DNA of 63,360 nucleotides, the filler included, from Octopus bimaculoides (Eukaryota): NCBI RefSeq assembly GCF_001194135.2. It is 4 parts of 4 records of this genome, joined end to end, with 100 filler letters (N's around TTAATTAATTAA, not from the genome) between each part and the next. Parts side by side here need not be neighbours in the genome. Positions count along the whole stretch, not along the records: positions 11,847 to 39,603 come from NC_068982.1; 3 more parts are not named here. One strand, given 5' to 3'. Position numbers and translations under genes: made by a program. This document shows positions 13,240-26,500 of the stretch, in pieces (the stretch's first letter is position 1; every line of letters starts with the position of its first letter). The notes beneath the pieces were generated by a model. That model saw nothing but the letters and a program-made list of their open reading frames with translations. It searched no databases and was not told the DNA's origin.

Positions 13240-14180
13240 AAATATTGGCCATGTACTTGAAAATGTTTACTACATCATATAAATAGATAAGTCTTTCTTA
13301 ATGCTAAGCAGCAGGAGATCAGGGAGTGTCTGTTCTTTAACTAGTATAAGCTTGGATAGAGAGTGCTCCATAGTTGCTGTTCTTATCAGAAGTGTTGCAT
13401 GCACTTTAAACAACTCTCACAATTTGAAAGACAAGAATTTCAGATAATTTTTGGGTAATGAGTATGATTGAAAACACCCTCAGTTCTGTTTGTCATTGTC
13501 CCCTTCAGAACCACAGAACTAGCAGAAAATATTTAGATCTCAAACTTTACTAGTTGTTGCCATGTCCTTTTTAGGACCACAATTAGGCTTTGGAATGACT
13601 TTCGGGTTTTACCTGTCTTACCTATGTCATTTCCTTTAAATCTCCTAGTTTCTTGAACAAGTGTATCTAGAAATATTTTATATACTTTCAGCTGATAGAA
13701 CTCTTCCAAAAGACCAATTTATTATTGTAGCCATAGAGCCACGCTTGAACCTTGCAGGCATGTTTCTTGATCTGCTCTGATCAGAAGTTTCTTATGGAAC
13801 TTATAATACTGAGAATTCTTTGTTCAGTCTTACAGCATTCAATCAATTATTATAAATGCATTTTGTAGATCAAGGTCATTTTGCTATTGATGAACATGTG
13901 ATACTGAAGTTGTTTCCTTAAATACTGGTGTTGTAATTTTAAGGCAAAGAAGGAATTCCCGTTTGATGTACATAAGAGAATTGTCACATCTTCACTTGCA
14001 AAATCTTGTAGACTACTTTAACATATCTTGATTCGAAACTGTATGAGAATCACAAACATCTTTAACTTTCTCTGAGTAGCTTCTCTGCAGGTTCATCTTG
14101 TTTTAAGGTTTTTGTTTTTCAGTTCTTCAGCTTTGGGGTCCAGAATAGATGGAAAGTTGAGTTTATATGAATGAAGTATT
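13240..14180 (-). mobile_element. hAT transposase remnant (ZMYM1-like, C-terminal dimerisation domain)
   Basis: Minus frames give LEEFYQLKVYKIFLDTLVQETRRF and LLIRTATMEHSLSKLILVKEQTLPDLLLLSIKKDLSI. These match hAT motifs ...YFRV..Y..ILD.L..EL..RF and LPVTTA.CERSFSKL..IK...RLSDL.LLSIEKD. Many stops. Confidence 0.7.
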
Positions 14181-14734
14181 CCACTTAGTTAACATTAGAA
14201 AGAAATTGTATAACCTTTTCCTTAAAAATCGATATTTTATATGCTGATACATCAAATTATAACATATTTTATTTAATTAAGTTGGACCAATTGTTTGGAA
14301 AACAATCACATTCTTTATATTAATATAATTTAACTTTAGGTAAATCATATTCCATTTACTTTAAAAAAATGGAAAATCTTTAGTGCTCATATACCACAAA
14401 ACTGTTTACTTAAACATAAACTTCCAATAATTTATACTACAAGTAATAAATACTAACATATTAGATAGCCATTAGGCCTACAATCAGCTTGATTTTACAG
14501 TTTTTATAAGCCTAAGATTCAAGTGGTTTGCATGGCAGTGAATGAATAAAGCTTTTCTGTTGTGCTGAAGAATCCTTACTGAATCCCCATGTATGAGTCA
14601 CTCATGTTAACGATTTTATTGTAGCCAAGGCCCTTCATGTTTTGTATCTGTAAGCTCTTTTTTTCTTTTTTCTTTTTTTTGCTAAATGAGCTCTTCACTA
14701 GTTGTAGACTCAGTGATACACATTTCAATGAAAT

Positions 14735-15160
14735 CATCATCATCATCATCATCATCGTTTAACGTCCGCTTTCCATGCTAGCATGGGTTGGACGATTTGA
14801 CTGAGGACTGGTGAAACCGGATGGCAACACCAGGCTCCAGTCTGATTTGGCAGAGTTTCTACAGCTGGATGCCCTTCCTAACGCCAACCACTCAGAGAGT
14901 GTAGTGGGTGCTTTTACGTGTCACCTGCACGGAAACGGCCACGCTCGAAATGGTGTCTTTTATGTGCCACCCGCACAAGCCAGTCCAGGGGCACTGGCAA
15001 CGATCTCGCTCGAAAATCCTACAGGAGCCAGTCAGGCGGTACTGGCAACGGCCACGCTCAAAATGGTGCATCACATGTGCCACCCGCACAAGAACCAGTC
15101 CAGGGGCACTGGCAACGATCTTACTTGGCTTGCCGGGTCTTCTCACGCACAGCACATGAT
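14735..15160 (-). mobile_element. RTE-type 3' end repeat with ~75-bp internal duplication
   Basis: Reverse complement of the 11847 repeat. The unit AACGGCCACGCTC.AAATGGTG...GCACTGGCAACGATCT occurs at ~14934-15005 and ~15047-15121. Confidence 0.8.
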
Positions 15161-15229
15161 CTTTGATTTCATTATCATAAACATGGTGTATGCATACAGA
15201 AGCCTACTCAATGTAGGAAACACCTTTAA

Positions 15230-15450
15230 CTCTTTTGTTATCATATTTTTGTTGAAATATGCTGCCCTTGTTTCAATTAATTTTGAAAACGATTAAGAAT
15301 TTATTAAAGTAACTTTGTCATTATTAACCTGGTGTTTGGAGCATAAGTCAACATGGAATTTTGAAAGAAGATTTTAATGTAGATCACTTTAAACATAAAG
15401 TTTGTATCATAGAGGCAGAGGTGGTCTTGGTTGGGTTGGTATAAAAAGGG
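15230..15450. mobile_element. piggyBac-type MITE
   Basis: TTAA flanks at 15226-15229 and 15451-15454. Ends CTCTTTTGTTATC / GGTATAAAAAGGG form degenerate CCCTTTT-type TIRs. Confidence 0.7.
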
Positions 15451-17064
15451 TTAAGAAACAAATATATTGTTTCTGCCTCGATTTCAATTTAATATTGATT
15501 TTCTTATATTAATATCTAAAGACTTGTTCATGTCATTCTGAATATAGTTTGATAACATTTACACCTGTGATTTTGTTTTTGATGAGGTACACTGTAAAGC
15601 ATCATGATGGTTCCTTATGACAGTCATATTTTGGCAATCAGTCCAAGGAAGTTTCCTCTTTTTAAATTTGCTTCTCTCTCAGTTTCACCTCTTAGTACTC
15701 TGTCCACAAAATAATGTAGTATTAAATATACCTTACCTAAAAATAAGATTGTAATGTATTTAATCATAGGTCTGTTGGGCTACAACTGACCGAAAGTTGA
15801 CTCAACAAAATCAGTAATTACATTTTGTAAATGAAACAGTATCACACTTTCAGATTCCATTTTCCATGCATCTTTCTGTCTGTTGATAGTAGAAAGGAGA
15901 AAGGAAACTATGTAGAAACTAGTAGAAAGGAAATTAAGAAGAAAAAAAATATTGAAATAGCAAGTGTAATAAGCAACATTCTTTGGTAGATTAACATAAC
16001 ACAAGTGAATTTTTAGGACATGGTTACATATATACAACCATATCTAAACAATTTTTTTTCTCATTTAAAAAAAAATCTTCATATATTTGTGATATATTTT
16101 TGACATTAAAGCTTGTTTTTCTTCTATTTGTCAGATACTTGTTGGTTAAATACATTCTGAAGTTTTGATAATGTTGGAAAAGTTATAATATTTCCTTCAT
16201 TGCCAGGAAATGTATATTTTTGGTCTTTTGTTTTTTGATAGGGTTGTTGTTTATTTCATGATTAAATTATCTTTTCAAACAGGCTGTTACACATATTCCA
16301 GGAACTTGCCTGTTATTCACAAAAGATGCAGAACCAAAGTTCTTACATTCTCTACCTCTTCTATGTGATAATAATAATTCATAATAAACACAAAGTAAAA
16401 CCTGTTGAGTGGGAATGTTGTATGTAGGGAGAGAAGGATTTACCATAATTGTCATACTTGCAGAAAAATTGCAATGTTTTATAATAAATAATCTAGGTAT
16501 TTTTTCAAAACTTTTAATGCAAATCGTATTGTTGTAAAGGTTATGATATCTTGTTTAATAAAATATTTATTAATTTTAAAAAAAGTATTGATTTTTAGTA
16601 TTTGCACATTGGTAACTGCACCAAATGGAATTTTTTACAAAGTATTTAGTAATAGTGGAACAAGTAAAAATCTTGAACTAGTAATATATATTCTATAAAA
16701 ATATATTTAAAAATTTTTTTACTGAAGAGCACTTTTGACATGTAGAAGGAAAAGGAAAAGGAATTAAGCTCCCTGATCCCATACACCTATGCACTTGTCT
16801 ATGGTTGCTATAAACATATATACACAAGTAGTGGACAAATGAAAGAAAGTAGTACTCAATACATTTAGTAGGAGTTACCATTTGCTTTAAACAACAGTTC
16901 CATATGACAAAATTTCATGTGTGCATAGAACAGACCCTTCTCACCTGATCAGCTGAGTGAAACTGTTATTAAAAATATGTGTGTGTCTGTGTATGTGAGA
17001 GAGAGAGAGAGAGAGAGGATGAATTGAAAAAATTTAATGATGCTTTGTTAATATCTTATTACAG

Positions 17065-17149
17065 TATTTCGCTGTAACAATGGGAGTCATGGCTTTCTTT
17101 GCTTGGTTTGGTAGCTTGGTGAACAATCTGATACTCACTTATCTTATTG
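17065..17149 (+). CDS. ARL6IP1: ARL6IP1 (ADP-ribosylation factor-like 6 interacting protein 1), penultimate coding exon
   Basis: ttacag|TAT...ATT G|gtaagt, 85 nt, YFAVTMGVMAFFAWFGSLVNNLILTYLI. Aligns to human YFMTMIVSLAAVAWVGQQVHNLLLTYLI. Joins the next exon in frame. Confidence 0.92.
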
Positions 17150-17737
17150 GTAAGTAATTACAAATTTTATTGAGTTATGTTTTTTTTTCCCTAGCTGCTT
17201 AAACATTTTTTTTTCATATTGTGTGTTTGTGGACAATAGCATCATTGGTTATAGGTTTCCAAGGGGCCAGTTGTTACCTCATTGCATTTTTGATGGTGAA
17301 AGTCATATGAGAGTGTCTTTACTCTGATTTATCAACATTTTCTCACTGATGTCTATATCGTTTGCTGATGGCTCACACCTATATTGAATTTTCATATAAT
17401 TTCACTTATAGGGCATAAATGAACTCAAGATTATGATAAAAAGACATTTGTCAAAAGTGTCTGTTTTACACATGTTTTCTGGATGGCTTTTGAAATATTG
17501 TACTATTTCAATCTGGGCTTTCTAAATGCTAAACATTCAATCATTTAATGATTGCATTTCAGCTCGGTTGACCAGAGTTAAGAAATTAATGTGTACAACA
17601 CATGGTAAAAAATCCATGGCTGGTTGTTCAGAATTTGAATTGCAGAGACTCTCTATTTACAGCACACCTTGCTATTTTATTTAACATGATGTACTATTTC
17701 ATTTTTGTTCATTTCACTATAAAGCACATCTTCATTA

Positions 17738-17870
17738 TCATCATCAGCTATCTGTTTTCCATGCTGGCATGGGTTGGACACTTTGACTGGAGGCAGCAAG
17801 TCAGAAGATTGTGCCAAATTCTGTCTGCTTTGGCATGGTTTGGATGCCCTTCCAAATGCCAAAGATATAA
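17738..17870 (-). mobile_element. Diverged RTE-type 3' tail fragment in ARL6IP1 last intron
   Basis: TTTTCCATGCTGGCATGGGTTGGAC...GGATGCCCTTCC..ATGCCAA matches the 14760 repeat. Confidence 0.65.
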
Positions 17871-18227
17871 TAATGCAACAAGGGTGATGGAGGTGTTACA
17901 ATAAATTCTACAAGACAATAATCAATAGAAGTCAGTATGTGGTACATGTATTGATAAATTGTGGTACATTGAAAAGTCACCTGTAACAACTAGAATATAA
18001 CCAGTAGATTACTAGCATGTACATTTACTATTCCTAAATATTATGGCATAACAAATAAGAAAATATATGTATGCTGTCATTTTAAAAGAATATGTCCATC
18101 ATAATGAACTTTAATATGTAATTGTGTGTGCAGGCTTAGCTGTGTGATTATTTCGTTTAAACTGAATCTTATTGCTAGACTCTTCCTAATCTTGAAATCA
18201 CTGGTGCCATCCCGTACACACCGAGTG

Positions 18228-18577
18228 AAGGCGTATGGCTCAGTGGTTAGAGCATTGGGCTCACAACCACAAGGTAGTGAGTTCGATTCCTGGACCGGGC
18301 TGTGTGTTGTGTTCTTGAGCAAGACACTTTATTTTACATTGCTTCAGATCACTCAGCTGTAGAAATGAATTGCGACATCATTGGTGCCAAGCTGTATCAT
18401 CCTTTGCCTTTCCAATCTTCTATGCAAACATATCTGGTTATGTGGAAATATCTTATTTGGAAACAAGTGAGAGTTGGTTACAGGAAGGGCATCTAGCTGC
18501 AGAAACTTTGCCTCAACAAAATTCCATCTGACCTATGCAAACGTGGAAAAGAGGATGTCAAATCAATGATGATGAGG
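18228..18577 (+). mobile_element. tRNA-derived SINE, family C, with CORE-like centre and RTE-like tail
   Basis: Head GGCGTATGGCTCAGTGGTTAGAGC...GAGTTCGATTCC, centre GTGTTCTTGAGCAAGACACTT, tail GGAAGGGCATCTAGCTGCAGAAAC...ATGATGATG. Confidence 0.8.
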
Positions 18578-18772
18578 CCCTGCAAATTTTTGAAGATTCT
18601 GATGAAGATTATTGGGGGTTGCAATCAGCTTTTTATTACCAGTTTTACTGTAATACAAAGATAAGAGCAAATTGTTGAAAACAGATATTTTACTTTTCTA
18701 AAACAGATGTTATTACATTTGATTAAACTGTTTGTTGTTTGTTGGAAGTATTTATTTTTCTTTCTTTTGCAG

Positions 18773-18894
18773 TGGGTTTCGTTGTTCTTTATCCTGGGTT
18801 ACGCCGTCACCAGATTCTTGAGAAGTACATCCAAGGAGTTGTGACTCTCCTGAAGAGGCTGTTTTTTGGAAAACCTAAAGCAAAGAAGTCTTAG
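18773..18894 (+). CDS. ARL6IP1: ARL6IP1 terminal coding exon
   Basis: tttcttttgcag|TG GGT...TCT TAG, giving (V)GFVVLYPGLRRHQILEKYIQGVVTLLKRLFFGKPKAKKS*. Aligns to human VTSLLLLPGLNQHGIILKY. Ends in a KxKxx-type ER retrieval motif. Confidence 0.92.
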
Positions 18895-19899
18895 GGTTTA
18901 TTATGAAGAAACTGGTGCTTAGTGTTGAAGTTTGGCAATTGTACAGCCATCCAGTTACTGCATATTTCTGATGGTTTTTCAGTCTGTTGTGGTTTTATTT
19001 TTGTATTTGATCAATACAAATGCCTAACCTTTCTAATGCCCTACATTATTGTCCTTTAATTCTCATCTCACCCAAAACCCCCTTTGTCTGTCTATTTTTG
19101 GGCTTTTCTAACACCTTTTTCAACACCAATTCGTCCAATGGTTAACTGTGCTCTGCTAATGGTGTTATTTTGGCTTTTGATCTCTTCTAGTTTTAATGCT
19201 TTTAACAAAAGAGAAAAACTTGAAACAGTATATTTTTTATTGTTTATGAATCTAATAAGATAAACACATATGAACGGTCATGTGTGCAAACACAATCACA
19301 GACTCTCATATATACACAGTGTATTCATTTTATACATAGGTACCTGCTATATATATGTATATATCCATGAGTTATTTGCATTTTAACACTTACAATATTG
19401 CTCCTGATTCATATTCTTGGTATTAGATAATAGTTGCTTAGAATATCATTAAAGAATGTTGTAGAAAGATTTTTGTTTTTAGTTTTAAGTACAACTTGCT
19501 GTTCAGATTTAATATGCTTTTGGAAGTTGTTAAATGATATGTTTCTTTTCATGTTTCAATTACCAAACTAGCTTCACTCTTAAATTGTTATTACACTTGA
19601 GGGTTTCTTAGATAATGTAGATGTGGTTAAACAGGGTTGCATCTCCGTGATATTGCTCCTGACTGTAAAGGAAAATTAATCATTAACAGTATATTGTTAT
19701 TATGTAATCTTGTCTAACTAAAATATGTGTAAGGGATATAATTTAGGGATAAACTTCCTTATAACAGTAAAATTGGGTTGTTCATATATTGTGTATGTTT
19801 ATATCTGTATATATCGTGTATGCTTGTATCTGCATATGCACTCATACATTTTATATGTGTATGTGTATATACAAATATACATGCATGTATGTATGTGTA

Positions 19900-20661
19900 T
19901 GCGGTGGTATCAGAAAGTTTCCAGACCAGGCCTAAATGAAAGTACATCATTAAAAAAATATGTAGTTCATATATTATTTGTATTTGGGTATCATCCTCTT
20001 CAGAATAGTCCCCTAGTCTCCTTGGGAACATACTCAGTGATCCCAGTGCGTCTTCCACATTTCAAAAAGCACGACAAAAGCCCTCTTTTTGAAGGCCGTC
20101 CAATACCACATGCAATTCCATTTAAGTATCATCTTCTGTCTTGAAGCTGTGCCCTTTCAGCTTCAACTTATTTTTGGTGAAAAGCAGCAAAATTACAAGG
20201 GTATAAGTGAGGCGATTGTGGGGGGAAAACTTCACAGCAACCCAATGGGAAAGCTGATGGGAAAGTTTGGTGACAGCCCTCATGGATGAATTACCCAATT
20301 TATTCCATGTTTTCAGGAGTACTACTTATGATTGGCTGCCTTTATTATCCAATACTTCATTGGCCTTGAAATGCATGTGCCACTCCAAAACCTAGATTTG
20401 CCAAACCCCTACAAAGCATTTCGAGGGTGGCAGATTTACTGAGCTTCATGTAAAATCTGATGCTGGTAAATGGCTCAAATTTGTTGGGCGTTGTAAAAAT
20501 TGGTGAACATTACAAAACCTTACGTAATAATTGGACATAATTAAACATCATGAAGCCTCACTGTGTGCTGGTTATCAGTGACCATCATCTGGTCATGCAT
20601 TTTCGTTAAACAGTACAATCTTGGCACATGCAGTCAGGAAACGTTCCAATAACACCTCATG
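19900..20661 (-). mobile_element. Degenerate mariner element (deleted, ~760 bp)
   Basis: Imperfect TIRs TGCGGTGGTATCAGAAAGTTTCCAGAC and GTCAGGAAACGTTCCAATAACACCTCATG. Minus translation LKGHSFKTEDD...GDYSEEDD matches the mariner C-terminus LKG.RF...GDYFE.D. Confidence 0.75.
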
Positions 20662-20741
20662 GGGAAATATACATATATATGTTATATAGTGTTTTACCTA
20701 TATATATATATATATATTTATATATTCACATTGTTTTATAT

Positions 20742-20775
<34 letters not shown>

Positions 20776-22551
20776 CACATTAAAAAGAAATATATATAGG
20801 GCACACGTACATATTTATATTACATATGTATATTAGTATGTGTATTATGTATGTGTATATGTGTACATGTGTTTGTCTGTGTGTGCATGTTTCTGTATAT
20901 TACATTTGATTAGCAGCCACAAAGAAGACCTCAAGTAGTTAATGACTTTTCTTTGTCTTTGCTTTAGTAGAAGTACATTGCGATAATAATTTTAGATGTT
21001 GTCCTTTACATATTTAATGTTCATTGCTTCTGCTGTATGATTGTTTTTATTTTTCATGTATCTTTACTGGAGAGGTATTATAGATATATCAATGCAGATA
21101 TTAAACAGAGATCAGAATGTGTACTTCTGGTTTGTTTTACTTTTCTTTAAGTTCATTCATCACCTTTCAGTATTTTTTATTCACAAGAAGGATGCACAAA
21201 TTCAACAGATATTGGTGTTTATCCATTCCAATTTCATTTACGTATAGAAACACAAATTGTTTTTCATTGCTCTTTACCTTTCTATAATAGGAACATATTT
21301 GTCTCCCTTGCATGAGAAAGCAAGTAGCAGAGCAAGAAATTCTAATAAACTGCAACAAGGTAAACCTCAATTTCATACACTCTCATAGAGTGGTAAATTA
21401 GTTTATGAAAACTAAAAATAAAAAACATTATTCAAATATATTCACTGACAAAGGATCTGATTTAAATTTTAAAATATATTTTGCAAATTTCGTAGTAAAT
21501 TTGTTTTGAAAATCATTGAGACATTCATGTTTTCTATACCTTCTTAATCTAATTCCCTTGTTGTTATAGCTTCATTATAAACTAGGCTTATAAGATGGGT
21601 AAAGCATTGTTACAAATTTTGTTTTGCTTTTAGATCTGAAGTAATTGCAACTATCAAAATGTTTGCTGTTCACCTTTTATAAAATTTTCTTTTAAATAGA
21701 ATTTACTATTCTCTCACTCAATATACTCAGTTGTGTTTTCTGACTCTTAAGATGGCCCTCCATTTACTCTGCCTGGTAAAATAAGGCAAATAATTGCTTG
21801 CATCTTTGAAGGAGTAAAAGTCTTATTGTAATATATATTAGCACTAAGATAAAGAAAGACCTGCTAACATTAGTGAAAACATCATTGACTATTAGGCTTT
21901 CTTCACATGTGATTTGGTGTTGGTTTTTGATTTTATTGTGATATTTTCCAGAAATAATTGTCAATTCTGTTGTCAATTTCTGTGTTGAATTATTCTCACA
22001 ACCATAGACATTTCGTTTGTTATAATTTATGAAATATAATGGCTGTTGACTATTTAGGAATAACTGAGCAATTAGTAGCTAAGTGAACAAATTTACTAGT
22101 CAGGTAGCATAGTTAACTGAAAACCCAAACAACAGTATTTGGCCTAATGTTGTATTTAACATTTATTAAATTTCCAAAGCTAGATGACCAATCTCTACAG
22201 AATTATAAAAATATAGAAAAATTGTAAAATCATCAATGACTCTATATTCCATATATATATGGTAATACAATAACATAATATATATTATAAAGTATTATGC
22301 AATGTATACCATAACTGAATGCATGTTAATGTATAACATACAAGCAGTACCCAGAGAAACAAACAAATCTCATTTGAAATAAATAGATTAACATTGACCA
22401 ATAGGCAGGCCTGTTTTTAAAAATGATATGGAGAAAATTATCATCATTACTTTTGATGTATGTTTACTGTACAGTTTTGTTAAATTTCATTTGAAATGTG
22501 TTTTCTCATTACATTTGACTGTTAGGGTTTTGGAAAGTAATTTGAGTTTAA

Positions 22552-22769
22552 CCTTTAGCATTTGAGATTACTCTGTTAAATGTAATGCATATTCATTCAG
22601 ATTGTTTTGAATTAATTATGCATTATCTAGTAGCTTTGAGATTTTGGTGATGTGATTGTTTATTTTTAGAATGTCATTGTAAGGTAAATGTGAGAGGCTG
22701 GGTGTAAACAGTTTGAACGAAGCAGGTAGAATATTTGGGTTGGATATGGCCAGTTTTAATGCTAAAGGG
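22552..22769. mobile_element. piggyBac-type MITE (second family)
   Basis: TTAA|CCTTTAGCATT ... AATGCTAAAGGG|TTAA: 11-bp TIRs with TTAA target sites at 22548-22551 and 22770-22773. Confidence 0.85.
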
Positions 22770-23530
22770 TTAAAAACACTAAAGAAAAGCTGTTTTAGTG
22801 GATAATATTACATGATTTTAGAAGAAATAATTTGCTCAACATAGCTATGTATAAAAAGGTCAAAATTTCCCTGTGTCCATCAACAGTTCAGTATTAGGTT
22901 TGTTTTATGCAAATCTTCAAAGAATTAACATTTGTTTTAATTTATAAGAATTTAATGTATATGAATGTGTGCTTAGATTCTTTTTATATTTATTAATTAT
23001 TTAAACATATATTATCAGATGTCTATCTATTCATTTATTGAACACTTTATGGCTATTTGTGCCAAAAAAGATCAGTTATATTTAATTAATATTTTTTTCT
23101 TTTACTTATTTTCTACAAATGGAAATTGTGTTATATGTTGTCTAAATTTTTGAAATGTCGTTGGTGATAAGTCTTGTGTTCTTGGTCTTAATTTTTTTTT
23201 TTCCTCAGTTGATATTTATCTTCTATTTATCTTCTATTTTCTATCTTAATATATTTAATTATCCCTTCTAACTACCTCATTAATTCTTTGTTTTCAAATC
23301 ATTTTCGCAAAATTCACACTCTTCCAGTAGAGAGATTGCTAGATTGTACTACAACTTTAAATTTATGGTAGTAGATTGGTGTGTATGTGTGTGTACACAT
23401 GTTCAGTTCTGTTGTCGATACTTTATAATCATGAACATGAATAAAATTTAGTGCTCTCTCCTCTTTGTGGTTTCTTCCAATCAAGTTATGATTTGTGACA
23501 TTGTTTCTGCTCTACCTGTTGTAATGAGTT

Positions 23531-23580
<50 letters not shown>

Positions 23581-26500
23581 GTATCTAACCTTGCATTTTC
23601 TATCTCTATATCTAATTTATTAATTCATATTATCTATATTTCTTGGTTTATAATTAATTTTATTAGTTAATTAAGAAGAAAATAAAAAAATAAAAACCTA
23701 ATAAAAAAATTGGAAATAAAGTCTCCCTCCTTACAAAAATGCAACCTACTCATATACAAAAATAACAAAACAATTTGAAGAAAGAAAAAGAAAGGCAGCA
23801 ATGTTATAAGAATTGATTATTTTAGGTTTAACTAATTGAACCTATTTAATACTCTGGTCATATTATTTGTAATAGAAAGCTTGAGTGATCATGCTATTCT
23901 TAATCTTCTTTGTTTATCTATTTTAACTTATTTATGCAAAGAAAACCCTTCTAATACCCCTGTGATTTTTGTTAAAAGTTAAGTATGGTGTTAATTAAAA
24001 GTAACAGGAATAACTTGTGGCTGACCTAACAATTTTTCTTGCCAGTTCTTGGCTAGATTTACTGATAAAGTATTGACCAACCGACACAAGAATCATCAGT
24101 TTTCATATTTGCTACAGGTTTTATGTTGTGTTTCTAAGTGGAACATTTTATTCATCTAGCAGTGTGGAATTGGTTGCAAGATTTTCTAGGAAAGCTTCAT
24201 TGTCTACTGTATAGGAATTTGTTTCAGCGTTGTACGCCACAACAATTGAAGTTGAATGCTGATTTTAATAATCATAATTATTGAAAGAATTACCTTTGAT
24301 TTGCTTTAGTAACTCATAGCACTTCTATGAATGAAAAGAAAACAATTGGATTACTTTTGTTGTCAAAGAAGAAAATTTAAAATAAAGAATTACAGCTTTC
24401 TATGAGTTATATTTCCTCGTCTCCATTTTCAATGCATGGATTTTTGAATCTCACAGAATTCAAATTCAAATGAGCATTTATAATTGCTTTTTTTGGCAAA
24501 TTTTATCTGACATGAAAAACAAGGGGTATTAAAGTATAAGGAATTTTCACATGTTTTACATTATATATAATTTTTGTTGTAATTAGGTGTCATCAAACAT
24601 TGTTTTTTTTTAACCTTGTTGTTTTACAAAAGAGCATTGTAGTGAAGGTAGCAGCAAACTTACATTCATATGAATGTATTTTGACTTTGGATAGCTAAGT
24701 TGAAAAATATATTTTTTTAAGGAATGAAGGGAAAAAAAATCATGTTTATTTATTACAGAAAATATAGGTGAAAATCCAATATATTTTTGAATTGTATTTA
24801 AAATGATTTCTATAAAATGACTATAATGGAAGCTCAGATAGTGTATGAAGACTTCCATAATACTGAAGTTTGAACTTCAAAAATCCTACTTCTTTGTTCT
24901 TTAAATAGCCACAGTTTTCAATTGCATATGCTGCTATATGATTTATGAGGCTTTGAAATATAATTAACCATGCAGAGAAGCTGTGATCATGATCATATCA
25001 TAGCTCATTATTGGTCTTTATATTTTTATCATTAGTATTCAATGTGGTAGTTTTTTATTGTTTTGGTTTGTTAACATTCTTGTGAAAATTATGTTTCTAT
25101 TTCAATAAAGATGGATTCATTTATATCAGGGAAATAATGGCTTTAGCTATTGAAACCTTGAACCTTCGAAAATGAGTGAATCTTAGTTTTAAAATGCTTC
25201 TATTAACATAGCAGTTGAGTTAAGAAGTAGATAAATACTAGAATTTCTAGCTATCTATTAGTGAATTATGATGAAGTAGAATTTGTTTTAACAGTTTACA
25301 TCTGTAATAAAAACAAAATTAATCACAAGTTTTTATCTATGCAAAAGAGAGAAAAAGAGAGAAAAAAGCCAAAAGACAAATAAAAATTTTTATTATTGCA
25401 TTGAATTCATTTTCTTAGCTAGTTTCATTCAGTATTATTATTATATTTGAGTACTGAAACTATTAAATTATATATGGAACTTGAAACTATTTTGCAATAA
25501 TCCTGGAAGAGAACAAAAACAGCCTGAAATAAAATAGTCAGAGGATCACATGATCACATACACAATATAATTACTATCATAATTTGTGTTGGTAATTATT
25601 GAACATCTGTTATTTCTTCTCTAAAATTTTTCTTTGTTGTAAAAATTTTGCTTCTCCTTCATTTTTTTTATTGGAAAAATAAAATAAGTTAAAACTTTAT
25701 AATTAAATTTTGTTTATATTTTTCTTTGATTTGATTTTTTTAAATTTCAAGTGTACTTGTTATAGACAGCTGAAATCATTCTTCAACTGCTGTTTCTATT
25801 TAGTATAATATTTGATATTTTGTTTATCTTTTGAAACAAATTTCACTCTGCATACATAGACTGTTTATATGCATATAAGAAAACAGCCTTTTCTACAAAA
25901 TTTGAGGTATATTCTGTAATTTGGCTAAGTTGTAAGTTTCAGCAATTATATTTTAAAATTTATCTGTAGAATATGCCTTTTTAAAAATAATTTTAATAAT
26001 TTCTTTCTGTGATTTTTTTCCAAATTTACTTGTATATGAAGTTATTAAAAAAATTCTCATATAGATAGGAAAAATATATAAAATGCAACAAAGTCATTTA
26101 TTTAGCATTCTTTAAAAATCGTGATGAATTTCTTTATACACAGATGCAAAAGTTATTTGCTATCATTTTTGTTGTAAGCAATTTTCTTGTAATGCAGTCA
26201 ATCATACTATATCTCTCAAGGGGAGAACACTCATATTTCACTTCCAACAATATTGTAAACTACAGAAGTACGTTATTTATTGTGAAATGGTATAAACCAG
26301 TTTTGTTTCAGTATGCAGTTCCATTCACCACTATGTCACAAAATAAACTCAGATCGTTAGATTTGTAAATATATACAATATTTATAGTTTAAATTACTGC
26401 TGATATAAATTAGGGCTTAATTTCACTTATATTTCTTTCTTTTTATCAAAAAAAAAAAAAAGGGCAATTCATTAGCATCATTATTTATTTTATTTTATAT

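Noticed and set aside
15780-15874. Minus exon-like segment QKDAWKMESESVILFHLQNVITDFVESTFGQL* after a strong pyrimidine tract
   Set aside because: Lies antisense inside the presumed ARL6IP1 intron with no homology or partner exons; cannot be supported.
16283-16394. Plus exon-like segment as the missing ARL6IP1 exon 4
   Set aside because: No frame resembles TTEQQQRFHEIC...KPKM.
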